From a virus: a DNA stretch of 64,000 nucleotides. The stretch's first letter is position 1, and each line of letters starts with the position of its first letter. Location of the stretch: positions 2,487 through 66,486 of the IMG/VR virus record IMGVR_UViG_3300036804_000088; one strand, written 5' to 3'. Positions 56,595 through 64,000 of this stretch are shown here, one piece after another. The notes beneath the pieces were generated by a model. That model had not been told where the DNA came from. It was given only the letters and a program-made list of their open reading frames with translations, and ran no database searches. The translations under genes and the position numbers were made by a program.

Positions 56595-57535
56595 CAGACC
56601 ATCTGTGTGCTGCCGGGAACCGTTGCCGCGACTACATACTCGACAACGGGCATCGCACCCCGGCCACCATCGAAGACGCCCACGGATTATGCCGGCGCTG
56701 CGCAACCATGGTCCGCCACGCAGTCGCCGCCCTGGAAACCGACTGGAACCGGCTATCAGCGGCGGTAGGCGACAAACACAGCGGCGCAGGGGTTTACGTG
56801 TCCGGCACTCGCGAACTGCCCATGCCGCTCAACGGTACCGTGATAGCGCTGCGCAGCTCACTGTCCGAATGGTCGGAAGCGGCCATGTGGATGATCGCCG
56901 AAACGCTGGGGATCGACGTCAAGACACGGCACAAAGCCAAGGGCTGGCCGGTGCGCGACCTCCCCGTGGTGCAGCAGGCCGCGCGCGCGCTGCCCGACAA
57001 CCTCAAAGCGCTACTGGCCGCGCCCACACAGGCGGTGTCGGTATGGAGCAAAAACGGGTTCGGCTGGATCACCAGCGAACTCGACGGCATCGCCGTAGCC
57101 CTGAAACTGGCCGACCTGCACCACGAAGTGAACTCGGTACTGGGGGAGACCAATCCGCGTGTGCGGCTGTCCATGCCGTGCCCCAACTACGACTGCGGCG
57201 CTAAAGGCACACTCGGAGTCGACAACGGGCAGACCGATGTCAGTTGCACCGCGTGCGGCGGCAGGTGGACACACCTGGAATACGACTGGCTGGCGAAACT
57301 GCTGATCACCGACCACGACGAAAAGGAACGCGACATGCTGAAATGGCTGCACGCCGAAGCGGTATGGAAACTCGCTGAAGCCAACCGGAAACTCGCCGAA
57401 GCGCAGCGCCAACTCGCCCAGTTGCAGCGCATCACCCGCCTGACCGAAGATGACCTGATCGGGATCGACGGCTACGCGGTCATAGAGCTGATCCGTGAAA
57501 GCATCGACGCCGAAAACGTGCTAGTCGGAAGCTGA
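56591..57535 (+). CDS. Zinc-finger late-region protein, possible regulator
   Basis: GTG start coupled to the Endo VII stop; LC..C at the N-terminus, CP...C and C.ACG..W at the C-terminus. Confidence 0.65.
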   Translation: MTDHLCAAGNRCRDYILDNGHRTPATIEDAHGLCRRCATMVRHAVAALETDWNRLSAAVGDKHSGAGVYVSGTRELPMPLNGTVIALRSSLSEWSEAAMWMIAETLGIDVKTRHKAKGWPVRDLPVVQQAARALPDNLKALLAAPTQAVSVWSKNGFGWITSELDGIAVALKLADLHHEVNSVLGETNPRVRLSMPCPNYDCGAKGTLGVDNGQTDVSCTACGGRWTHLEYDWLAKLLITDHDEKERDMLKWLHAEAVWKLAEANRKLAEAQRQLAQLQRITRLTEDDLIGIDGYAVIELIRESIDAENVLVGS

Positions 57536-57799
57536 CACGTTTCGCGTGTTCACACAGCTATAAATAATGGCCCCATACCCTTTGGCGTGCATCTCATCCC
57601 ACACACTCATCGCTTCGCGTTCTGTGGTGAACGGGCCTTCTAGCGACTCTTCGATCCAGTAACCACCGTAGAACACTCGCACAATGAAATGCGGTGCTTC
57701 GCTTATCGGCTTCCCAAGCCCGCATGAACGTTTCGGCAGGTGGTCTAGAAGCCACAGGCGCAAACGGCTCTTTCGTCGCATACACGGATGCTTGCTCAT
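57521..57799 (-). CDS. Hypothetical protein, reverse-strand island gene 3
   Basis: AGGAG RBS; EGPF.TEREA motif. Confidence 0.55.
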   Translation of the reverse strand: MSKHPCMRRKSRLRLWLLDHLPKRSCGLGKPISEAPHFIVRVFYGGYWIEESLEGPFTTEREAMSVWDEMHAKGYGAIIYSCVNTRNVSASD

Positions 57800-57803
57800 T
57801 AGA

Positions 57804-58154
57804 TCACTCCTGTGTTGTCTGCTTGTAGGTGAGCGCTACTCCGCTGCGCTCCCGCACCCGGCTGGCAATAGCCCGGTAATACCGCGGCGGAAACGTGTCA
57901 TCACCATTCCTGACGCTGGACGGCACCGGCAACGCGCGCACATCTTTCGGCCATTCCAACGTCAAACGTCCCACTGCCTGCTCAGCAGCCGCCAGCATCT
58001 CCGACATAAACTCAGACGCATACGCCGGAACCTTAGTGGACTGCCAGGTGTGAACCGTGTGATCGGTGACCTTCAACTTAATCGCAATCCACTGCGTCGA
58101 CAGGCCCAAAAACTCTCGGGCGCAGAAAAACTCGGCAGGCGTCATCGATGTCAT
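57804..58154 (-). CDS. Aca2/YdiL (DUF1870)-like HTH protein
   Basis: MTPAEF..AREFLGLS..W.A..L.V...TV..W...VP and P..Y.RA.A.RV motifs. Confidence 0.7.
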   Translation of the reverse strand: MTSMTPAEFFCAREFLGLSTQWIAIKLKVTDHTVHTWQSTKVPAYASEFMSEMLAAAEQAVGRLTLEWPKDVRALPVPSSVRNGDDTFPPRYYRAIASRVRERSGVALTYKQTTQE

Positions 58155-58359
58155 TGGTATAGGCCACCTTTTCGTAATTCCAAGCGCCGCCAGCGCTCGG
58201 GCTGATTCGCCATAGGCGATGAGACTCGCCGTGCAATTCCACTAGCATTTGCAGCGTTCGCACTGCGCGGTCGGTGCAGTCGTCCCCGAAATCGTCTAGG
58301 TCAACTATGCGGGAATCGTTCTCTGCATTGGGTATGATTTCCCCAGAAACGTCGTCCAT
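58078..58359 (-). CDS. Small acidic hypothetical protein, reverse-strand island gene 1
   Basis: Asp/Glu-rich 93 aa upstream of the HTH gene; 3' overlap makes the boundaries uncertain. Confidence 0.45.
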   Translation of the reverse strand: MDDVSGEIIPNAENDSRIVDLDDFGDDCTDRAVRTLQMLVELHGESHRLWRISPSAGGAWNYEKVAYTNDIDDACRVFLRPRVFGPVDAVDCD

Positions 58360-58394
58360 TGGTTAATCCTAGATCAGAGATCAGACATCTACAA

Positions 58395-58793
58395 ATGATG
58401 CCTTGGCCGTGGCCCGCAGACACCCGCGAAGACAAAGCACGCCGCATAGCCATGTCCTACCGCCGCCTGATCGAACTCGCCCTGATGGGCCAAATAGACG
58501 ACCTCAAAACAGCATTCGACACACTCGACACCAAATGGAACGAACTCGGACAGACCTGGATACACCCCACCGACAGCCGACCACTACGACTGGACGAATG
58601 GCTACGGCCCGGCGAACTCGCCGAACTATTCGACATCGACCCCCACGCATTTAGGGACTGGGCGCGGCGCGGCCACATCCGCGTTATGCGCAACGACGCC
58701 GGATGGCGAATCTACTGCGTCGGAGACATTGTCGAATATTGGCGAAAACGTAGCGCATGCGCTACCCTGCGCCTAGGACAACTCTGCCCTTAA
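58395..58793 (+). CDS. HTH DNA-binding protein
   Basis: WPWPADT..D.ARR.A.SYR motif plus C-terminal winged HTH (ELAELF.....R.WARRGHI). Confidence 0.7.
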   Translation: MMPWPWPADTREDKARRIAMSYRRLIELALMGQIDDLKTAFDTLDTKWNELGQTWIHPTDSRPLRLDEWLRPGELAELFDIDPHAFRDWARRGHIRVMRNDAGWRIYCVGDIVEYWRKRSACATLRLGQLCP

Positions 58794-58810
58794 TCGGTTG
58801 GGAGCACCAA

Positions 58811-59263
58811 ATGCCGCCGACACTGCAAACTTTCCTGGTCACCAACACACTCTACGAAGTCGTGGAAACCGATCAGGTCGACACCACCGGCAGCCAGCCA
58901 ACCATCATGCCGATAAGCGGCACAGCCACATTCACCCCGTGCGATGCCAACGGAAACGTCATCACCGAAATCGACAGCATGGTATTGGACACCACCATCA
59001 TGCTCGACCCCATCCAAGGGCGATTCAACGTGGACTACACCAGCGGCGCACCGGACGGCGCGCTGCGAACCCTCAACGGCAGCTACGGTGTATCACTGAT
59101 CGACAATGTCAACCTGGGGCTAGATCCCGGCGGGCTCACCTACCGTGTCGACTACTCCAATGTGGTATTCGACGGAATGGGCAACAGGCACATCAACAGC
59201 CTGCGATTCACCGCGCCCGGCAACGGCGCGACAATCGACCTGAACACCGTGCAACGGCTGTGA
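58811..59263 (+). CDS. Conserved beta-rich protein, possibly virion-associated
   Basis: GGAG RBS; ISGTATFTP, G.LR, GV.L..N, LTY.V and F.AP motifs. Confidence 0.6.
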   Translation: MPPTLQTFLVTNTLYEVVETDQVDTTGSQPTIMPISGTATFTPCDANGNVITEIDSMVLDTTIMLDPIQGRFNVDYTSGAPDGALRTLNGSYGVSLIDNVNLGLDPGGLTYRVDYSNVVFDGMGNRHINSLRFTAPGNGATIDLNTVQRL

Positions 59264-59877
59264 CCCGGCTGCTGATCGGCACCTACCGCCAACGTCAGCA
59301 CATCGAAGCCTGCCTGAAATCCATGGACGAACACCTAAAAGGCGTCACCGACATTGTGTTCGTGGACGACTCAGGCAACCCTGAACACTGCCAATGGTTA
59401 TCGCAGTACGGCAAAGTCATCGAAATACCCGCACTCGGATACACCACAGCCATGAAACGCCTCTCCGAAGCAGCCGAAGGCCAAGCGGCATTCATCCTCG
59501 AAGAGGACTTCACATTCCTGACCGACGTCAATATCGACAAACTGCATGAAATACTCTGGACCCGCCCCTATCTCGCGCAGATCGCGTTACTACGCGGACC
59601 GCACTTCCCGATAGAACACCAATGCGGCGGGCTCATCGAAGCACTACAGGCCAAAGGCAACGTGTTCCGCGAGGTTGCCGGTGTCATCGAACACGTCGCC
59701 ACCTTCACCATGAACCCCGCACTGATCCGCGGCGAAGTATGGGCAGCCGGCTGGCCATCAGGACGACTGTCCGAAGAGAGAAAACGCGACCAGCTACGCC
59801 AGATGGGATTCTGCTTCGGGCACCTGCCCGGCATCCGCGTAGCACACCACGGCACCCGTCAAGGCCGCGACTACTGA
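59260..59877 (+). CDS. Glycosyltransferase (GT-A/GT2-like)
   Basis: FVDDSG, ILEEDF, LAQIALLR.P and FT.NP motifs. Confidence 0.75.
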   Translation: MTRLLIGTYRQRQHIEACLKSMDEHLKGVTDIVFVDDSGNPEHCQWLSQYGKVIEIPALGYTTAMKRLSEAAEGQAAFILEEDFTFLTDVNIDKLHEILWTRPYLAQIALLRGPHFPIEHQCGGLIEALQAKGNVFREVAGVIEHVATFTMNPALIRGEVWAAGWPSGRLSEERKRDQLRQMGFCFGHLPGIRVAHHGTRQGRDY

Positions 59878-60515
59878 TGAGCAAAGCAACCGTGTGCATA
59901 CCCTGGCGACCCACCGACGACCGGCTGTCCGCGCACGACCGCATACGCCGATTCTGGGACCACTTCGGCTTTCACGTAGTCGAAGGCGACAGCGACCCGA
60001 ATAGGCCGTTCCACCGGGCGCAAGCACGCAACAACGCCATAGACAAGGCATACACCGACGCCATCATATTCTGCGATGCCGACACACTGCCCATGATCAG
60101 CGTCGTCTACGCCGCCCTAGACGAACTCGACACCGCTGGCGTCGTCTACCCACACACCAGCTACCGGCACATCCCCGCCGAATACGTGTTCAAAGAGGAC
60201 ATCATGCTAGCCCCGCCCGTCAAGGAATACCGCAACTCAGACGGCGGCGTATTCCTCACCACCAAAAAAACCTATTGGGATGTCGGCGGCATGGACGAAC
60301 GACTACACCCCGTCTGGGGATTCGAAGACTCCTGTTTCTCTCTCGCCGCAGCAACACTGTCCACCGTCAAACGGCTCGCCGGGATAATGATCTCATTCAA
60401 CCATCACGTCGACGGAGACCGGATCATCGGGGAAAGCGCCAACTGGCATCGCTGGCAACTGTATGTGATGTGCCAAGGCAAGCCGGACCTCATGCGGGAG
60501 CTGATCAGAAAATGA
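59877..60515 (+). CDS. Glycosyltransferase (GT2/GT7 galactosyltransferase-like)
   Basis: CIPWR, F.RA.ARN, DAD and GGMDE...WG.ED motifs. Confidence 0.8.
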   Translation: MSKATVCIPWRPTDDRLSAHDRIRRFWDHFGFHVVEGDSDPNRPFHRAQARNNAIDKAYTDAIIFCDADTLPMISVVYAALDELDTAGVVYPHTSYRHIPAEYVFKEDIMLAPPVKEYRNSDGGVFLTTKKTYWDVGGMDERLHPVWGFEDSCFSLAAATLSTVKRLAGIMISFNHHVDGDRIIGESANWHRWQLYVMCQGKPDLMRELIRK

Positions 60516-60521
60516 TCACCC

Positions 60522-61058
60522 ATGCCTGAATGGATGACCATTCCCGACCTGCCCGACGACAGCCAAGAGCGCCGCATACATTTCGAACGCTACGAATACG
60601 CGGCCGGCATGCTAAAAGGCAAACGGGTGCTGGATTGCGCTTGCGGGATGGGATACGGAACCGACCTCATGCGCCGGGCGGGCGTGGCATCCTACGGAGT
60701 CGATATAGACCCGGCTGCCATAGAACTAGCCCAGCAGCGTTATGGCGGCAGATATGCAGTGGATGATATTCACACCACACCGTTAGACGGATACGACGCA
60801 GTGGTGAGTTTTGAAACCCTGGAACACGTAGACAACCCGGTGCAGATCATCGACCGTTTCGCCGCGAACATACCGGAAATCATCGCCAGTGCACCGATCC
60901 GCCCGACCATTCACATAAATCACTGGCACCGTAGCGATTTCACCCCATCCTCTTTTCGGGCGCTGATCAGACGCGGCTACCGGATCATCCACGAGCAAGG
61001 GCAGTTATGGTCCGATGGTGAAGACATGTACCTGCTGATCCACGGAAAAAGACAATGA
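60522..61058 (+). CDS. Class I SAM-dependent methyltransferase
   Basis: H..RY, VLDCACGMGYG, GVDID and SFETLEH motifs. Confidence 0.85.
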   Translation: MPEWMTIPDLPDDSQERRIHFERYEYAAGMLKGKRVLDCACGMGYGTDLMRRAGVASYGVDIDPAAIELAQQRYGGRYAVDDIHTTPLDGYDAVVSFETLEHVDNPVQIIDRFAANIPEIIASAPIRPTIHINHWHRSDFTPSSFRALIRRGYRIIHEQGQLWSDGEDMYLLIHGKRQ

Positions 61059-61225
61059 TCACCCGCGTTCCGAAACTGCTGCACACAGCCAACTGCGAGG
61101 TATGCAACCCTCACCCGTTCTGCGAGCCGGTGTGCTACGACGACATCGAAAAACGCGACCACGACGCACAAGAGCACGCCAACCGCACCGGTCACCGTAT
61201 GTACGTCGGATTCGTGTTCGTATGA
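61055..61225 (+). CDS. 56-aa Cys/His protein
   Basis: Translated by hand; ATGA coupling at both ends. Confidence 0.45.
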   Translation: MITRVPKLLHTANCEVCNPHPFCEPVCYDDIEKRDHDAQEHANRTGHRMYVGFVFV

Positions 61226-61887
61226 AAATAGGTGTCGTCGCGCACGAATCCCGCATACGACAAGCACACCAGCTCGTCCAAAACGTGCACGCCGACTACA
61301 TCTCCGTCGACCGCAACCACATGCTCGGCCCCAACAAAAACCATCGCCACGTCTGGGAACACCTGAACGCTATTGCCGGGCGTGACGAATGGTGCATAGT
61401 GCTCGAAGATGACGCGATAGTGCTGGAAGATGACGCGATAGTAGGCTACGACTTCCGCAGACAAGCGGCACAAGTCCTGTTTAGCTGCCCGACCAATGTC
61501 GACGTCGTATCGCTGTACCTAGGACGAATGCGGCCACCGCAATGGCAGGAAAGAGTCAAGGCCGCGGTCAACAGAGCCAACGCCTACGATGCCACCTGGA
61601 TAGTGGGGGATGTTGCGCTGCATGCGGTAGCATTGGCGATGATCGGCGAAAACGTCGCGAAAATGCTATGGTCGATACGCAATTGTTCACGACCGCCGGA
61701 TGAATCAGTCACACACTGGTGCAGAATGTACGGCCACCGGATCGGCTACTGTTTCCCGTCGATAGTGCAACACGGTGACCTGCCAACATTGATCAAACAT
61801 CCTGACGGCCAGGAACGCGAAAACGGTCGGGTAGCATGGCGATTCGGAATGAGAAACACATGGCACACAAAACCGGTCGTCCTCTGA
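61222..61887 (+). CDS. Glycosyltransferase (GT25-like, mycobacteriophage type)
   Basis: IGVVAH..R, NH..VW, VLEDDA (twice), SLYLG..RP..WQ, HAV and PS.V.H.D motifs. Confidence 0.8.
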   Translation: MKIGVVAHESRIRQAHQLVQNVHADYISVDRNHMLGPNKNHRHVWEHLNAIAGRDEWCIVLEDDAIVLEDDAIVGYDFRRQAAQVLFSCPTNVDVVSLYLGRMRPPQWQERVKAAVNRANAYDATWIVGDVALHAVALAMIGENVAKMLWSIRNCSRPPDESVTHWCRMYGHRIGYCFPSIVQHGDLPTLIKHPDGQERENGRVAWRFGMRNTWHTKPVVL

Positions 61888-62078
61888 CCCGCGAAGACTA
61901 CACGGTCATCATGCAGACTTTCGGGTTTATTGACGTGGACGAATTCATGCAGTTTGTGTTCCATCAAGAGACAACATCCCACATCAAACGAATCCACACA
62001 CACCATGCGGCCAACGACATCATCGAAGCAATCGACCCACGCCCGCGGCCCATGGTCCTAGGCTCTGGCCTTGTATGA
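61860..62078 (+). CDS. Hypothetical protein
   Basis: Fills the gap between two glycosyltransferase genes. Confidence 0.4.
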   Translation: MAHKTGRPLTREDYTVIMQTFGFIDVDEFMQFVFHQETTSHIKRIHTHHAANDIIEAIDPRPRPMVLGSGLV

Positions 62079-63402
62079 CCTGTCCGTCCTGATCTGCTCA
62101 ACCAACACCCGATACACCACATTCGGGAAAGCAATCCAAGATCAGATCTGGCCGCAATACGACACCCTATCCGACGACGACAAACAGCGCGTCGAAATCC
62201 TGATGCTCACCGACAACAAAGCGATGATGCTCGGGCAGAAACGAAACGTCATGGTCGATGCTGCACAAGGCAAATACGTGCAGTTCATCGATGACGACGA
62301 CCGCATAGAACCCGACATGCTGACAACAATCCTGCAAGCCACCAGCAGCGATGCAGACGTGATCACATTCCTGGTATCAGTCACCCTTGATGACGGCGAA
62401 GCCCAAATATGCCGTTACTCAAAAGATTACAGCCACGACCACAACACCGACACCGAATACCGCCGGCTGCCCAACCATATTTGCGTAGTGAAACGCGACG
62501 TCGCCCAACGGGTCTCATTCCCGAACCTGCTGTACGGCGAAGATTCGATGTACTCCAAACTGCTGAAACAGCACCTACGCACACAACACGACATCGACCG
62601 GGTTCTCTACCACTACGACTACCACACAGCGACCACCGAAGCCCAAGAGCACAAACGGGGAGTGATCCGCGTGCGGCCCAACGTGACACCATTGGTCGAC
62701 ATTGTGATGATGTCCCACGCGCACCTACCGCACTTGCGAGGCATGACGCAGCGCGCCATCAACACAGCCATATCCGGCGCGAACTCGCTGCCCATCAACA
62801 TCACAGTGATAGAACAAAACCCCGCAGTCAGACATGAACGCGCCAACACCATCCATGAGCCAGGCCATTTCAACTACAACGCATTCGCCAACAAAGCAGC
62901 CAAACACGGCAGCGCGCAATGGATCGTCGTCGCCAACAACGACCTCATATTCTACGACGCCTGGCTGCACTGGCTGCTCGCATCCAACCATCCCGTAGTC
63001 TCGCCTAAATGCCCCATCGATGAACGCCAAACCGAGATCACCGAAAACACCACCGGATACACCAACGGTGTTCACTTCTCCGGTTGGTGCTTTATGATCA
63101 AACGCTGCCTGTGGGAACAGATCGGCGGCTTCGATGAATGCGTGGAATTCTGGTGCTCGGACGACGTTGTGCTAGAACAACTCAAAGCGGTAGACGTCGC
63201 ACCCATGCTGGTACCTGAAGCCAAAGTTGAACACGGCCAATCAATGACCCTGAAACGCTCACCCGATCAAGCGCAGCTCAAATGGCGTCAACTCGCCAAC
63301 TTCGAAACAAAATACGGTCGGCACAATTTTTCCGACGACCCCGACTACCTGGCCTGGAAGATAGAAAACGATGTCGTCACGGGCACCGAAAATCTGTGCT
63401 GA
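62071..63402 (+). CDS. Two-domain GT2 glycosyltransferase
   Basis: Domain 1: LSVLICS, G.KRN, FIDDDD, GED. Domain 2: FNYN...N, ANND, GGFDE...W.SD. Confidence 0.85.
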   Translation: MYDLSVLICSTNTRYTTFGKAIQDQIWPQYDTLSDDDKQRVEILMLTDNKAMMLGQKRNVMVDAAQGKYVQFIDDDDRIEPDMLTTILQATSSDADVITFLVSVTLDDGEAQICRYSKDYSHDHNTDTEYRRLPNHICVVKRDVAQRVSFPNLLYGEDSMYSKLLKQHLRTQHDIDRVLYHYDYHTATTEAQEHKRGVIRVRPNVTPLVDIVMMSHAHLPHLRGMTQRAINTAISGANSLPINITVIEQNPAVRHERANTIHEPGHFNYNAFANKAAKHGSAQWIVVANNDLIFYDAWLHWLLASNHPVVSPKCPIDERQTEITENTTGYTNGVHFSGWCFMIKRCLWEQIGGFDECVEFWCSDDVVLEQLKAVDVAPMLVPEAKVEHGQSMTLKRSPDQAQLKWRQLANFETKYGRHNFSDDPDYLAWKIENDVVTGTENLC

Positions 63403-63736
63403 GATCGGCTGTGCCGAACTGGTGCACGAACCCGGCAAACGCAAATGCCCCACCCACTACAAACCGTGGGCCAACAAAGCATTCGACAAAAGGCGCACCG
63501 ACACCGCGGCACGCGCAAGGCTAAGGGATCGGGTACTAGGTAGGGCAGGATATCGCTGCCAGATCCGCAAGCCCGACCGATGTGTAGTAATGGCAAGTGA
63601 TGTCGACCGCATCGACAACACACTTGGCTACGACGACTTCAACTGCCAGGCCGCGTGCGAACCCTGCCACCAGTGGAAAACCAGCATGGAGGGACACGCT
63701 GCAATGGGACACAGAACCTCAACCAGTGGTGAGTAG
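63371..63736 (+). CDS. Terminase-associated HNH endonuclease (first His replaced by Arg)
   Basis: LR.RVL.R..Y.CQ....C...A..VDRI...N.QAAC..CH..KT; typical position near the genome end. Confidence 0.75.
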   Translation: MSSRAPKICAEIGCAELVHEPGKRKCPTHYKPWANKAFDKRRTDTAARARLRDRVLGRAGYRCQIRKPDRCVVMASDVDRIDNTLGYDDFNCQAACEPCHQWKTSMEGHAAMGHRTSTSGE

Positions 63737-64000
63737 CGACAGCTTTCGATCATCAGAATGAGCCAGCACGCGACACCGGCAACACCACAACCGGAGGGCA
63801 TCCATTCCTATGCTTATGTCAGGGATGGCATGTGCAGATGGGCCACACGCCACGTGCACGCCATCTGATAGCAGGGAATGCTGGACCGTTGGCGAACATA
63901 GCGCACACGCCATCTGGCAGCCAGCAATCCACACCACAACCACCATGCGCCATCCGACGCTCACGCTGCTACCAATAGCGCACGACCACCCTCGCATAAC

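Noticed and set aside
63737-64000. cos site or small terminase gene
   Set aside because: No convincing ORF or recognisable end sequence is visible; both probably lie beyond the window.

Overview
The window is almost a whole temperate siphovirus genome of the mycobacteriophage type. It begins inside the terminase large subunit and ends just after the terminal HNH gene, so the small terminase and the genome end are outside it. Gene order is: head genes, tail genes, an expanded minor-tail/fibre region, lysis cassette, accessory genes including a PPE-SVP gene, tyrosine integrase with repressor and cro, early/replication genes (ParB-N, NrdH, WhiB, C5 methylase, Cas4-like nuclease, SSB, primase-helicase with an iteron cluster, Endo VII), then a glycosyltransferase cluster and HNH. 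An intact tRNA-Asn-like attP core lies inside the repressor gene, which indicates integration-dependent immunity and an unintegrated (virion or excised) sequence. The most unusual points are: (1) an orphan PPE-SVP gene carried by the phage; (2) tail chaperones encoded as an in-frame GT fusion plus a separate paralogous G gene, apparently without the usual frameshift; (3) an L-x-G-H-G-x-L-x-A repeat shared by five tail proteins (31 copies in one), next to small subunit/adaptor genes; (4) a lysin A with a PT linker and holin-like C-terminus, preceded by papain-like and PLD-like genes; (5) a reverse-strand island with an Aca2/YdiL-like gene; (6) a candidate pseudoknotted RNA. All calls come from motif recognition and synteny read by eye; no database searches were run.
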